Assembly: GCA_040218735.1 (NCBI GenBank) | Contig: JAVJQW010000008.1 | Location: 288,001-352,000, forward strand | DNA: 64,000 bases | Origin: Deltaproteobacteria bacterium | Lineage (GTDB): Bacteria > Myxococcota > Kuafuiibacteriia > Kuafuiibacteriales > Kuafuiibacteriaceae | Direction of reading: 5' to 3' | Shown here: piece by piece, positions 22,043 to 32,311 of the stretch | Numbering within the stretch: position 1 is the first letter of the stretch | How the letters are laid out: each line of letters begins with the position of its first letter | Notes under the pieces: model-generated | Told to the model about the DNA's origin: nothing | The model's input: only the letters and a program-made list of their open reading frames with translations | Database searches by the model: none | Made by a program: the position numbers and the translations under genes

Positions 22043-23094
22043 GAGGACCTCGTTCTCAGCTCGCCCCAGCGCGCCAGCTCGTGGCGAGCCTTCACGCGCT
22101 CGGACTCGGGGAGACGTCGGCGGAACGTCTTGTGGAAGCGGAACGGATCGATCACACGACCGTTCCGCTCGAGCTGGTAGTGCAGGTGCGGCGCGGAGCT
22201 GCGTCCCGTATTTCCGGAGCGGGCGAGGACCTGACCGCGTTTGATGCGCACGCCCGGGCGAATCTTCTGACCGATGCCGTCGAGGTGGAGGAAGTAGGCC
22301 GTGACGCCCTTGCCCTCGATGTGCAGGCAGTTGCCGTTCCGGCGGCGCGACCAGTTCCGGCGCACGACGCGCCCGTCGAAGGGCGCGACGATCGGCTCCC
22401 CGATCGGCGCCTTGAAGTCGACGCCGCGGTGTCCGCGCCCGTCGCGCAGCAGCGAAGTGATCTGCTCGTACTTCTGTATGGGCGAGTGCTCGAGGCGCTT
22501 CTCGATCTCGTATCCCTCGGCGTCGTACCAGCGCGCGAAGGCGTCGCCGTCCGCCTGGTAGTGCACCGCGGCGAGGGTGCGCCCGAGCTTCTCGCTCCGC
22601 AGCCACAGCGCGTGGATGAGGGGCTCCTCGTCGTCGCGCATCTCGTACACGACTTCGATGACGTCGCCGCGCCGGAGGTCGCGACGGACGTCGAGCCACC
22701 ACACCAACACACGCTTCGCGACCTGGGTGAGCTGCGCGCCCGCGAACTGGTCGCCGACGACCTTCACGATCGACGCCTCCAGGGATCCCTCGATCACCGC
22801 GGTGAGGTACTCGGGCCCGGTCACCTCGGCGGCGGGCGCCTCGGGCGCTTCGGGCGCCGGGCCGATCGTCGGTTGGGGTTCACGCGGGAGGTCGGCCGTC
22901 GCGGCTTCGAGCTCGGCCGGCTCCATCTTCGGCGGCGCGACGAGCGGGACCTCGGCCTCGATCGCGGGCGGCTCCGCCTTCGCCTCGTCGCGGCACCCGG
23001 CGGTCGCGAGCAGCGACAGCGCCGACAACACACCGAAAGCCCCTGCGCGCGCCCGCGAGGACGCGATTTTCCGCCGCACCGTCACCCGCGCCAT
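22039..23094 (-). CDS. M23 family metallopeptidase (lipoprotein)
   Basis: HRGVDF (HxxxD), GNTGRSSAPHLHY; lipobox-like ATAGC. Confidence 0.88.
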   Translation of the reverse strand: MARVTVRRKIASSRARAGAFGVLSALSLLATAGCRDEAKAEPPAIEAEVPLVAPPKMEPAELEAATADLPREPQPTIGPAPEAPEAPAAEVTGPEYLTAVIEGSLEASIVKVVGDQFAGAQLTQVAKRVLVWWLDVRRDLRRGDVIEVVYEMRDDEEPLIHALWLRSEKLGRTLAAVHYQADGDAFARWYDAEGYEIEKRLEHSPIQKYEQITSLLRDGRGHRGVDFKAPIGEPIVAPFDGRVVRRNWSRRRNGNCLHIEGKGVTAYFLHLDGIGQKIRPGVRIKRGQVLARSGNTGRSSAPHLHYQLERNGRVIDPFRFHKTFRRRLPESERVKARHELARWGELRTRSS

Positions 23095-23166
23095 CGAAGC
23101 AATTGAGCACCCTGCCTCGCCCGATCTCCCTGCACAACCCCTATTTGGGGTAGCGTGCGGCGAAAC

Positions 23167-25107
23167 ATGGCCGACGAGACCACGCAGTTCCTCCAGCAAG
23201 TCAGCCTCTTCGAACACGTCAAAGCGGAATTCCTGCCCTCCATCGCGCAACGCCTTGAGGAGCGCGTGTTCTCCCGGGACGAGGTGATCTTCTCCGAGGG
23301 GGACTCCGGTGACACGCTGTACATCATCAAGGCGGGCTCCGTCGGCGTCCTCCTGATCGACCCGGCGGTCGGCTTGCGGTTCGAGCTCGCCCGGCTCCGC
23401 ACCGGCCAGGTCTTCGGCGAGATGGCGCTCCTCACCCGCCACCGCCGCTCCGCAACTTGCATTGCGATGGAGCCGACCTCCTGCCTCGTATTGGACAGCA
23501 AGACCTTCCACGCGATCGTCGAGCGCATCCCCCAGGTCGCGCTGGCGGTCGCGGAGGTCCTCGCCGAGCGCGTCGAGCAGCTCAACCGCGAGCGCGGACA
23601 AAAGCAGGTCTCGCTGTCGGACCTCGAGTTCGACCCCGACGTCTACCGCCTCGTCCCGTCGCGCATCCTCGAACGCCACCGCATGATCCCGGTGCACATC
23701 AAGGACGGCGTCCTCACGCTGGCCTGCACCGACGTCGAGGACCTCACCGGCATCGACGAGGTCCGACGCATCGTCCGCGGCGTCGAAGTCCACGAGATCG
23801 GGATCAGCGAGAACGACTACCGCGGCTTCCTCCGCGCGCACGCCGCTCAACTCCCGAAGGAGACCAAGGGCCAGCAGAAGGCGCGCCTGGAGGCGGTGCA
23901 CTGGGTCGACGTCGACGAGGGCGTCCTCGCCGACGCACGCGGCGACGAGATCAAACTGCTCGTCGACATGATCGTCTCGCAGGCGGTCGACCTCGAGGCG
24001 TCCGACATCCACATCGAGCCGGAGCTCGACGCCGTGAACGTTCGCTACCGTGTCTCAGGCGCGCTTGTGCGCCGCCCCGGCAAGGCGATTCCGCGCTCGT
24101 ACCACCGCGCGGTCGCGTCGCGCATCAAGGTGCTCGCGGACCTCGACATCAGCGAACGTCGCCGCCCGCAGGACGGCCGCATCTCGTGCCGCGTCGGTCC
24201 GCGCGCGTACGACCTGCGTGTCTCCACGATGCCCACCCACGAAGGCGAGAAGGTGGTGATGCGACTGCTCGACACCTCCGCCGCAGTGCAGCCGCTGTCG
24301 CAGCTCGTGCTCGCGGAGAAGGTGTGCCGCGTCGTGAACCAGATGGCGCAGCGCCCGCACGGCGTGGTGTTCGTCGTGGGGCCGACCGGCAGCGGCAAGA
24401 CGACGACGCTCTACTCCGCGGTCGGCATCCGACGGCGCGAGGACACGAACATCGTCACCGTCGAGGACCCGGTCGAGTACAACATCCCGGGCATCACGCA
24501 GGTGAGCGTGAACTCCGACATCGGCCTCACGTTCGCCTCGGTGCTGCGCGCGATCCTACGCCAGGATCCGAACGTCATCCTTGTCGGCGAGACCCGCGAC
24601 GCCGAGACCGGGAAGATCGCGCTGGAGGCGGGCCTGACCGGGCACCTCGTGCTCACTTCGCTCCACACCAACGACGCGATCGGCACGATCCAGCGCCTCC
24701 GCGAGATGGGCCTCGAGAACTACGCGATCGCCGCGGCGCTCGTCGGCGTGATCTCGCAGCGGCTCGTGCGTCGGCTCTGTCCGGTCTGCGCGCAGGACGC
24801 GTCGCCGTCCAAACATGTCCTCGAACAGCTCGCGCTCGTCGACATCCTCTCCCGCGACTACGACGGCACCCTCAAACGCGCGCGCGGCTGCGAGACCTGC
24901 GCCGGCACGGGTTACCGCGGGCGCGTCGGCGTCTACGAGATCCTCGTCGCCGACGACGGGCTGCGGCAGGAGATCATCAACGACGGTAGCCAGTTCTCCC
25001 TCCGCGAAGCCGCCCGCAAGGGCGCGTTCGTCCCGATGGCCCGGTACTCGAGTTACCTGCTCACCTCCGGCATCACGACGCCCGAGCAGGTTCTCGCGAT
25101 CCACTGA
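23167..25107 (+). CDS. GspE/PilB family ATPase with N-terminal cyclic-nucleotide-binding domain
   Basis: cNMP motifs EGDSGDTLYII and FGEMALL..RSAT; ASDIHIEP, PQDGR, GPTGSGKTTT, TVEDPVE, LRQDPN, tetra-Cys. Confidence 0.9.
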   Translation: MADETTQFLQQVSLFEHVKAEFLPSIAQRLEERVFSRDEVIFSEGDSGDTLYIIKAGSVGVLLIDPAVGLRFELARLRTGQVFGEMALLTRHRRSATCIAMEPTSCLVLDSKTFHAIVERIPQVALAVAEVLAERVEQLNRERGQKQVSLSDLEFDPDVYRLVPSRILERHRMIPVHIKDGVLTLACTDVEDLTGIDEVRRIVRGVEVHEIGISENDYRGFLRAHAAQLPKETKGQQKARLEAVHWVDVDEGVLADARGDEIKLLVDMIVSQAVDLEASDIHIEPELDAVNVRYRVSGALVRRPGKAIPRSYHRAVASRIKVLADLDISERRRPQDGRISCRVGPRAYDLRVSTMPTHEGEKVVMRLLDTSAAVQPLSQLVLAEKVCRVVNQMAQRPHGVVFVVGPTGSGKTTTLYSAVGIRRREDTNIVTVEDPVEYNIPGITQVSVNSDIGLTFASVLRAILRQDPNVILVGETRDAETGKIALEAGLTGHLVLTSLHTNDAIGTIQRLREMGLENYAIAAALVGVISQRLVRRLCPVCAQDASPSKHVLEQLALVDILSRDYDGTLKRARGCETCAGTGYRGRVGVYEILVADDGLRQEIINDGSQFSLREAARKGAFVPMARYSSYLLTSGITTPEQVLAIH

Positions 25108-25112
25108 AGCGA

Positions 25113-25688
25113 ATGACCGAGCTCGAATCACTCCCCCGGCTCGACACCGAGCGTCTCGTGCTGCGGAGGCCGCGCGACGAGGACACCGTCGGCCTCTTCG
25201 CGATCTACGGCGATCCGGAGGTGATGCGTTACTGGAGCCGCGGGCCGATGACCGACGAGGACGAGGCCCAGCAGCTCATCGACGACATCCACGACTACTT
25301 CGCCGCGCGTCCGCAAGAGCTGGTGGAGTGGGTCGTCGCGCGACGCGAGGACGACTTCGTGATCGGCACGGTCACGCTCGCTTCGATCTCACACGCGCAC
25401 CAGCGCGCGGAGATCGGGTTTGCGTTCGCGCGCTCCGAGTGGGGCAAGGGCGTCGCCTCCGAGGCCGTGACCGCGGTGTTCGACTTCGCGTTCGAGCGCT
25501 TCGGGATGCTGCGCATCGAAGCCGACGTCGACCCGGAGAACACACGGTCGCTCGCGATGCTCGAGCGCTTCGGCTTCCAGCGCGAGGGGTACCTACGCGA
25601 ACGCTATCGCGTCGGCGGCGGGGTGCAGGACACGGTGATGCTCGGATTGCTGGCCCGCGAGTGGGCGGCCCATCAGTCGCCGCCGTAG
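25113..25688 (+). CDS. GNAT N-acetyltransferase, RimJ/RimL family
   Basis: LDTERLVLR, AEIGF, WGKGVASEA, NTRSLAMLERFGF.REG. Confidence 0.9.
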   Translation: MTELESLPRLDTERLVLRRPRDEDTVGLFAIYGDPEVMRYWSRGPMTDEDEAQQLIDDIHDYFAARPQELVEWVVARREDDFVIGTVTLASISHAHQRAEIGFAFARSEWGKGVASEAVTAVFDFAFERFGMLRIEADVDPENTRSLAMLERFGFQREGYLRERYRVGGGVQDTVMLGLLAREWAAHQSPP

Positions 25689-26716
25689 ACCAGCGCCAGG
25701 TACGTGTTCATCAACGCTTCGCCTTGGTCCATGCGCGCGACCGCCCAGAGGTTGCGGTCGTAGCTGTACTCCGGACCGAGCGTGTAGCTCGACTCGCCGA
25801 GCGCGTACGCTGCGATCGCGTCGGCCTCGAGCTCCCAGTCGAACCCGTAGTCGCCTTCCTTTAGGCTGGCCGCCCGCCACGCGTATCCGTGTCGGTAGTT
25901 CATCGAGATCGGCGTCCCCGCCTCGATGAACTCCTCGGCTGGTTCACCGTTGGCGTCGCGATACACAATCGTGTGCTCCCGCGTCGTCGTGAACGAGTAC
26001 CTCGAGTAGTCGACCTCGAACTGATGCGTGAGCTGATGTCCGATCTCGTGGGCGATGAGCTCCGTCGGGGTGAAGTCTTCGGTGTGATAGAACGTCGCGT
26101 GGTAGAGCTGGATCGAGTCGTTGCTGTTGACGGCGTACTTCTCCCCGAGCATGGGCTGGTTGATCCGCTGGAAGGCGAGTGTGTCTCCCTCGCCGACGTA
26201 CACGTCGCGGAACGCTTGCTGCGGTGACTCCACGTCGTAGCCCTCGGCCACCGCCCGGTCGTACGCGGCGGCGGCGCTCGACGTGACCGCCACGTACACC
26301 GCTTCGATCTCCTCGGGCGTCCACGTCCCGGGGCCCTGCAGGTCGACGCCGTACTCTCCTTCGAGCGCCTCGACCATCGCGAGCGCCTCGGCCATCGGCA
26401 CGGCGTCCGCCGCCGTCACCTCAGCGAAGTGAGGCGATCGGTAGGTGTACGTCGCGGTCGGGATCCGCACTTCGATCCCGAAGTCCTCGAGGAGCGCGGT
26501 CTGGTCCGCGACGGCGGAGACGAGGAGCGCCTCGACGTCCGCGTCGTCGCAGAGCCCGCTCGGCTCGACGCACGGCGCCGTCGGTTCGAGGACGTCCGGG
26601 CAGCTCACGATCTCGATCGTCGTCGAGGGTTCGCCGGTTTCGTCGACGGAGGTGATCGTCTCCTCGACGAAGTCGGGGGTGTAGACGGCGTGGTCGCCGT
26701 GAATCGTGCAAGTCAT
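25673..26716 (-). CDS. Acidic HExxH putative zinc metalloprotease (paralog 2)
   Basis: LIAHEIGH plus downstream ELEAD; start MTCT with GGAG upstream. Confidence 0.7.
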   Translation of the reverse strand: MTCTIHGDHAVYTPDFVEETITSVDETGEPSTTIEIVSCPDVLEPTAPCVEPSGLCDDADVEALLVSAVADQTALLEDFGIEVRIPTATYTYRSPHFAEVTAADAVPMAEALAMVEALEGEYGVDLQGPGTWTPEEIEAVYVAVTSSAAAAYDRAVAEGYDVESPQQAFRDVYVGEGDTLAFQRINQPMLGEKYAVNSNDSIQLYHATFYHTEDFTPTELIAHEIGHQLTHQFEVDYSRYSFTTTREHTIVYRDANGEPAEEFIEAGTPISMNYRHGYAWRAASLKEGDYGFDWELEADAIAAYALGESSYTLGPEYSYDRNLWAVARMDQGEALMNTYLALVYGGD

Positions 26717-26735
26717 GGGTCGTCTCCGTCTTCCG

Positions 26736-28256
26736 TCAGTCCTGCATGTCGCCGGGGGCTTCGCCGTAGACCGTGAGCAGCACGGCATCGAACGCCGCCT
26801 CGCCTTGCTCCTGTCGCGCGACGGCGTAGGTGTTCGTCTGGAGGTCGTACTCGCCACCGAGCGCGTACGTGTCGGGATCCAGGATGTAGCCGGTCACCGC
26901 GTCGGTCTCGATCTCTTCCACGTCGTCGCTGCTCCGCACCGCGAACGTGTAGCCATCGACCACGTTCTCGAACGTCACGACCGTCCCCGCGTCGAGGGTG
27001 TCGGTGACGACGCCGTCGTCGGTCAGGTACGTGATCGGTTGGTCTTCCTGGAGCGTGTACTCACCCGTCGCGACATAGTCGGGGTTCGTGAAGAAGATCA
27101 GCCGGTGCGACAGCTCGTGTGTCGCGAGCTGAAGGGGCGTGAAGGCCGGGTCGAGACCGGGCTCGAGATCCAAGCGCCCCGAGCTGTAGAACGCCGAGTT
27201 CGACATCGTGATGGTGGAGCCGCTGATGTACGCGAAGGCCCCCTCGTAGGTGGGGCCGTTGTAGCGGTTGAACGTGAGCGTGCCCGTCGTGTCCCCGGTG
27301 TTGTTCGGGTTGTTGACCCACAGGTCCCGGAAGACCTGATCGGGGCTGTCCACGTCGTAGCCGAGCTCCAGCGCGCGGTCGTACGCCTCCGCCGCGGACG
27401 CCATGACCGCGCCGTAGACGACCTCGATCTCGTCGGGCGTCCACGGAATCGTCGACCCGACTACCTGTCCGAACTCGTTTTCGATCGCGGTCGTGTTCGG
27501 GTTCGAGTCGACGTAGTTGCCGGCGTCGTCGAGCACCGGTTCACCTTTGTCGTTGAGTGTCGGCAGCGCGCCCGTCGTGCCCAGCTCGACGCCGTACGCG
27601 TCCAGCGTCTCGACCATGGCCAGCGTCTCGGTCAGCTCGTCGACGTCGCTCGGCAGGATCGGTCGATACCTCGGCCTCCCACCGCTGCGGACCTCCCCGT
27701 CGACGGGCATCTGCACGTCGATGCCGTACTCCTCGAGGAGCGTCTGCTGCGCTTGGGCGGCGACGATCATGTCGGCCGCGATCGCTTCGTCCTCGAGCGG
27801 CGTGCCGTCGGCGTTGAAGAACGCGATGTGGTTGTTGTCGATCCAGTCGATGTCGACGTTGTCGATGACGTCGCTGCGCACCCAACCGTCGACCGTCTCC
27901 CCGCCGCTCTCGTACTGCACGGCGTACCAGAGGTGACCGTCTTCGTCGGGGACCACGGTCTGTCCGGTGACGGTGACGTCACCGGCGAACGGCGTGGCGT
28001 CGCCCGAGAGGCTCGGGTCGGAGCGGATGTTGGCGTTCACCGTGGCCGTGCCGGTTCCGTACTCCGGCTCTTCGACGTCGTCCTCGTCCGAACACTGGTC
28101 GGCCGGCACGGTCTCGATGACCAGCACCTGAACCGTCTCGACGTCGGGGACGAGGGTGATCGTCGTCGTGACGTCGCCGGTGGTTTCGTCGATGGAGGTG
28201 TTGATCTCCGGTCGGAGGGTCGGCCGGTCGACGAACGTCGTCGTGGTGCAAGTCAT
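26736..28256 (-). CDS. Acidic HExxH putative zinc metalloprotease with SH3b-like domain (paralog 1)
   Basis: ANIRSDPS...WYAVQY...DGWVRSD (SH3b-like); LATHELSH plus EIETD. Confidence 0.7.
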   Translation of the reverse strand: MTCTTTTFVDRPTLRPEINTSIDETTGDVTTTITLVPDVETVQVLVIETVPADQCSDEDDVEEPEYGTGTATVNANIRSDPSLSGDATPFAGDVTVTGQTVVPDEDGHLWYAVQYESGGETVDGWVRSDVIDNVDIDWIDNNHIAFFNADGTPLEDEAIAADMIVAAQAQQTLLEEYGIDVQMPVDGEVRSGGRPRYRPILPSDVDELTETLAMVETLDAYGVELGTTGALPTLNDKGEPVLDDAGNYVDSNPNTTAIENEFGQVVGSTIPWTPDEIEVVYGAVMASAAEAYDRALELGYDVDSPDQVFRDLWVNNPNNTGDTTGTLTFNRYNGPTYEGAFAYISGSTITMSNSAFYSSGRLDLEPGLDPAFTPLQLATHELSHRLIFFTNPDYVATGEYTLQEDQPITYLTDDGVVTDTLDAGTVVTFENVVDGYTFAVRSSDDVEEIETDAVTGYILDPDTYALGGEYDLQTNTYAVARQEQGEAAFDAVLLTVYGEAPGDMQD

Positions 28257-28268
28257 GCCCCGAACAAC

Positions 28269-28284
28269 AGCAAGGCGAGTGCCA
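28269..28284 (-). promoter_or_regulatory. sigma54 -24/-12 promoter TGGCACTCGCCTTGCT
   Basis: Matches TGGCAC-N5-TTGCW; 12 nt upstream of ATG at 28256. Confidence 0.75.
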
Positions 28285-28374
28285 GCGTTCAGGGGTCTTC
28301 AGGTGGGTCGAGTCGTGGGCACTCGGCGTCCGCTTGCACTCGAACGGGTGCGGGCGATCGGCCGAGTGACCACG

Positions 28375-28926
28375 CTACATCTTGCGGAGCTCGAGGCCGG
28401 TCGCCGACAGGCTGACCGTGCGCTCGGTCTTGCCGTCCTTCTCGGTCTCCTTCACGGAGACCTTGCCTTCGACCGTCGCCCACATGCCTTCGGAGAAGTC
28501 CGGCACGAGGATCTTGCAGCTCGGCGCCGCGACCTTGATGGCCTGCGAGCCCTCCGCGATCTTGAACGAGCAGCCGTTCGACGACGCCTCGGTGACCTTG
28601 CCGGTGATCTTCATCGGCTGGCCGTCGATCTCCGACGCCTTCGAGAACGCGATCGCAACGGAGACTTGCTCCTTCGCGGACAGTTTGTCGCCGCGGCGGA
28701 CGATGCCGTCCTCATCGACCTTGTTGCGGATCGCCTTGATCTCCTCCGGCGACTTCTTCGGAGGGGCCTTCTTCTCGGGCGCCTCCTTCTTGGGCTCCGG
28801 CGCCTTCATCGCCGCCTCTTTCTTGGCGGGCGCGGGCTCGGTCTTCTTTTCGGCGCAGCCGCCGCAGCCCGCGAGGAAGGCGAGCAAGAGCGACGAAGCG
28901 ACGGTACGGGCAGAGTGCTTGTTCAT
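28375..28926 (-). CDS. Lipoprotein, DUF4920-like OB-fold
   Basis: Lipobox LAGC, Lys/Pro linker, ITGKVTE..GC and ATVEGKV. Confidence 0.6.
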   Translation of the reverse strand: MNKHSARTVASSLLLAFLAGCGGCAEKKTEPAPAKKEAAMKAPEPKKEAPEKKAPPKKSPEEIKAIRNKVDEDGIVRRGDKLSAKEQVSVAIAFSKASEIDGQPMKITGKVTEASSNGCSFKIAEGSQAIKVAAPSCKILVPDFSEGMWATVEGKVSVKETEKDGKTERTVSLSATGLELRKM

Positions 28927-29025
28927 GGGCGCCGGCCATAGCCCGAGAGCCCCCGCCAGACCACTACGTTTCGTGCTTTCGTCGTTGCGGTGGACGCGCC
29001 GCCGCCCTAACGTCTGCGGCTCCAA

Positions 29026-30234
29026 ATGGGACAGATCGAAGCGAAGAAGATCATCGTTGCGTACTCCGGCGGTCTCGACACGTCGGTGATCATCACGTGG
29101 CTGAAAGAAGAGACGGGTGCGGACGTCGTCGCGTTCACGGCGGACGTCGGTCAGGGCGAGGAGCTCGCGCCTCTGGATGAGAAAGCGAAGAAGACGGGCG
29201 CGTCGAAGCTGATCGTCGAAGATCTTCGCGAAGAGTTCGTGCGCGATTTCGTGTTCCCCGCGCTGCGCGCCAACGCCGTATACGAGGGGACGTATCTGCT
29301 CGGGACGTCGCTCGCGCGCCCGCTGATCGGCAAGTACCTCGTCCACCACGCCAAGGCGGAGGGCGCCGACGCCATCTGTCACGGCGCGACCGGCAAGGGG
29401 AACGATCAGGTGCGCTTCGAGCTGACGGCGTACGCGCTGCACCCGGAGATCAAGGTCATCGCGCCGTGGCGCACGTGGGCGATGAAGGGCCGCTCGGATC
29501 TGATCGAGTACTGCGAGAAGCGTGGCATCGAGATCACGGCGACGAAGGAGAAGCCGTACTCGATGGACCGCAACCTGTTCCACATCTCGTTCGAGGGCGG
29601 AATCCTCGAGGACCCGTGGATGGAGCCGAACGACGACATGTTCGTGTTGTCGGTGTCGCCGGAGAAGGCGCCGGACGAGCCGGAGTACGTGGAGATCGAC
29701 TTCGAGCGCGGCAACCCGGTCGCGGTGAACGGCGATCGGCTCGGCCCGGTGGACCTGCTTACGAAGCTCAACACGCTCGGCGGCAAACACGGCGTCGGTC
29801 GCGTCGACATCGTCGAGAACCGCTACGTCGGGATGAAGTCGCGCGGCGTCTACGAGACGCCCGGCGGGACGATCCTTCACGTCGCGCACCGCGGCGTCGA
29901 GCAACTCACGATGGACCGCGAGGTGATGAACCTGCGCGACTCGCTCATCCCGCGCTACGCGCAGCTCGTCTACAACGGCTACTGGTACGCGCCGGAGCGC
30001 GAGGCGCTGCAGGGCATGATCGACCAGTCGCAGGAGAAGGTCACCGGCACCGCGCGCATCAAGCTGTACAAGGGCAACGCGACGCTCGTCGGTCGCAAGG
30101 CTTCGGTGTCGCTCTACTCGACGGCGCACGCGTCGTTCGAGGCGGAGGACGTCTACAACCAGGCGGACGCCGACGGCTTCATCAAGCTCAACGCGCTTCG
30201 CCTCCGCCTCCGCGCGCAGCAGCTCGTCGATTGA
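29026..30234 (+). CDS. argG: Argininosuccinate synthase
   Basis: [40 protein letters not shown]. Confidence 0.97.
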   Translation: MGQIEAKKIIVAYSGGLDTSVIITWLKEETGADVVAFTADVGQGEELAPLDEKAKKTGASKLIVEDLREEFVRDFVFPALRANAVYEGTYLLGTSLARPLIGKYLVHHAKAEGADAICHGATGKGNDQVRFELTAYALHPEIKVIAPWRTWAMKGRSDLIEYCEKRGIEITATKEKPYSMDRNLFHISFEGGILEDPWMEPNDDMFVLSVSPEKAPDEPEYVEIDFERGNPVAVNGDRLGPVDLLTKLNTLGGKHGVGRVDIVENRYVGMKSRGVYETPGGTILHVAHRGVEQLTMDREVMNLRDSLIPRYAQLVYNGYWYAPEREALQGMIDQSQEKVTGTARIKLYKGNATLVGRKASVSLYSTAHASFEAEDVYNQADADGFIKLNALRLRLRAQQLVD

Positions 30235-30238
30235 ATCG

Positions 30239-31021
30239 ATGTCCGAGCGGGACCACTACGGTGACGGCGTTTGGTACGACGCCGAGTACGTCCACATCCG
30301 CTCGGACATCCCGTACTACGAACAAGTCGCGCGCGAGACCGACGGCTCGATCCTCGAGCTCGCGTGCGGCACAGGTCGGCTGACCTTCCCGATGGTCGGC
30401 GCGGGCGCGAAGGCGCTCGGCGTCGATCTCGCGCCCTCGATGATCCAGCGCGCGCTCGAAAAACGCGCGGCGCTCCCGCCGGAGGGGCAGTCACGGATCG
30501 CTTTCCGCGTCGGTGACATGCGGACGATTCGGCTCAACAAGAAGTTCGACGCGGTGGTGCTCGGCTTCAACACCCTCATGCACATGACGGAGGACGACCA
30601 CCTCCTCGCCGCGTTGAACACCGCCCACGCGCACCTCGAGGACGACGGTCGGTTCCACTTCGATCTGCACACGCCGTTTCCGTCGCTCCCGGACCGCGAC
30701 CCGAACGGGCGCTACGACCCGCAGCAGATGATCGATCCGCGCACCGGCGACCGGTACATCGTGAGCGAGAACCACGCGTACGACGCGCGCCGGCAGATCA
30801 ACGTGATGTCGTTCTACTACCGGCGCGCCAACGAGCAGGGGGAGCCGGTCGGCCCCGAGACCCGCGCCGAGCTCGCGCTGCGCGTGCTCTTCCCGCGCGA
30901 GCTCGACTACTTCCTGCGCGTGGCCGGGTTCGAGGTGGTGGGGGACTACGACGACTTCGAGCGCACCGCGCCCTTCTCGGGGCGCGGTGGTCGCCGCGTC
31001 GTCATCGCCAAGAAGGCCTAA
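30239..31021 (+). CDS. Class I SAM-dependent methyltransferase
   Basis: ILELACGTGR, GVDLAPSM, GDMR. Confidence 0.88.
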   Translation: MSERDHYGDGVWYDAEYVHIRSDIPYYEQVARETDGSILELACGTGRLTFPMVGAGAKALGVDLAPSMIQRALEKRAALPPEGQSRIAFRVGDMRTIRLNKKFDAVVLGFNTLMHMTEDDHLLAALNTAHAHLEDDGRFHFDLHTPFPSLPDRDPNGRYDPQQMIDPRTGDRYIVSENHAYDARRQINVMSFYYRRANEQGEPVGPETRAELALRVLFPRELDYFLRVAGFEVVGDYDDFERTAPFSGRGGRRVVIAKKA

Positions 31022-32307
31022 CGCCGCTTCGCGGAGCGGCCGCGGGAGACGCTCTTGCTCGAGCGCGAGGACGACTTGGACGTCCGGCTCGAAGACTTCG
31101 AGCTGCTCTTGCTCGCCGGTCGCGAGTACGACTTCGACGACGACTTGAAGCTCGGGGTCGAGGCGCGCCGGGGCGCCGATACGGACCGCTTCGGAGACGA
31201 ACGTCGCACCGAGGGCGTCGTGCGCGCGCGCGACGGGACGAGCTTGCGCGAGCGGGTCTTCGGCGCGCTCACCGGTCGTGACGACGAACGCGAAGGCGTG
31301 AACGAAGAGCGCGACGGGGCGCTGCGCTTACGCGACGGCGCGAACGAAGAACGCGACGGCGCGCTGCTCGCACGCGACGGCGTGAACGACGAGCGCGGGG
31401 TCTTCCGAGCGGGCGCGTTCGATCGGGTCGAAGCGCCGACGTCGGGCCTCGTCTTCGGCGCGACGCGGCCGAGGCGCTCGTTCCGCTCCTTCACGATCGG
31501 CGCGCGCGGCGCCGGTCGTCGGATCGTGCCGAGGTCCACCGAGCGTGAGCGACCGTTGTGCGCGGGGCGCTTCACGGCGGGTGACCTCGAGCGCGACTTC
31601 ACGACGGGCGTGTGGGCCTTCGTCGCGGAGCGCGCGCGACCGTCGCCGGCGGGCCGTGCGCGAGCGCCATTGCCGTCGGCGGGGCGAGCGCGCGTCGCGT
31701 TCGCGGGCGCCGGATAGTGTCGGCGCGCCACGTGGCCTCGGCGCCGCGGGCCGGCGACGTAACGTCGGAACGCGCGCCGTCCGGCGAACGCGTTGCGGCG
31801 GGCGTAACACCACGAGCTCGGGTAGAAGCCGAGGGACCAGCCGCCGCCGACCCAGATCGAGCTGGGCGGGAGCGGAGCCCACCCGACGTAGCCGGCGTCG
31901 TAGCTCCACGCGACCCACGCGGGGCCCCACTCGGAGCCCGGCACCCAGACCCAGCCGTACACCGGGTCGTACGCCCAGCGCCCGTAGTGGAACGCGGCCC
32001 AGCCCCAGGTGAACTCGGAGTTCCAGACCCACGCGTCGGCTTCGTACTCCCAGAAGCCGCGCGTGTAGGGCGACCAGTCGGGGTCCATGCCGTACGGACG
32101 CCACACCCGACCGAAGTCCGACAGGACGATGAACTGCCCGTGTGAGGACAGCTCCGCTTCGATCTGTGCGGAGGACGCGTTGCGGTAGTCGACGCTCGGC
32201 GTGTGCGCGTGCGCGGAGTGCACCGTCATGCACGCGGTGGCGCCGAGCGCAGCGGCGGCGCAGGTCATCAGCTTGGTGGCGTTCATCATCTTCTCCTCGT
32301 TCGACAT
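31018..32307 (-). CDS. DUF6600-like Trp-rich lipoprotein with long Ser/Arg/Lys-rich tail
   Basis: WSPYTRGFW, WGWAAFHYGRW, GWVWVPG.EWGPAWV; lipobox ATAC; start may be 32289. Confidence 0.75.
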   Translation of the reverse strand: MSNEEKMMNATKLMTCAAAALGATACMTVHSAHAHTPSVDYRNASSAQIEAELSSHGQFIVLSDFGRVWRPYGMDPDWSPYTRGFWEYEADAWVWNSEFTWGWAAFHYGRWAYDPVYGWVWVPGSEWGPAWVAWSYDAGYVGWAPLPPSSIWVGGGWSLGFYPSSWCYARRNAFAGRRAFRRYVAGPRRRGHVARRHYPAPANATRARPADGNGARARPAGDGRARSATKAHTPVVKSRSRSPAVKRPAHNGRSRSVDLGTIRRPAPRAPIVKERNERLGRVAPKTRPDVGASTRSNAPARKTPRSSFTPSRASSAPSRSSFAPSRKRSAPSRSSFTPSRSSSRPVSAPKTRSRKLVPSRARTTPSVRRSSPKRSVSAPRRASTPSFKSSSKSYSRPASKSSSKSSSRTSKSSSRSSKSVSRGRSAKRR

Positions 32308-32311
32308 CGCT

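Noticed and set aside
28277-28370. CIRCE or NtrC site from GCACTC/GAGTGC-like half-sites
   Set aside because: Spacing and flanks fit neither TTAGCACTC-N9-GAGTGCTAA nor TGCAC-N7-GTGCA
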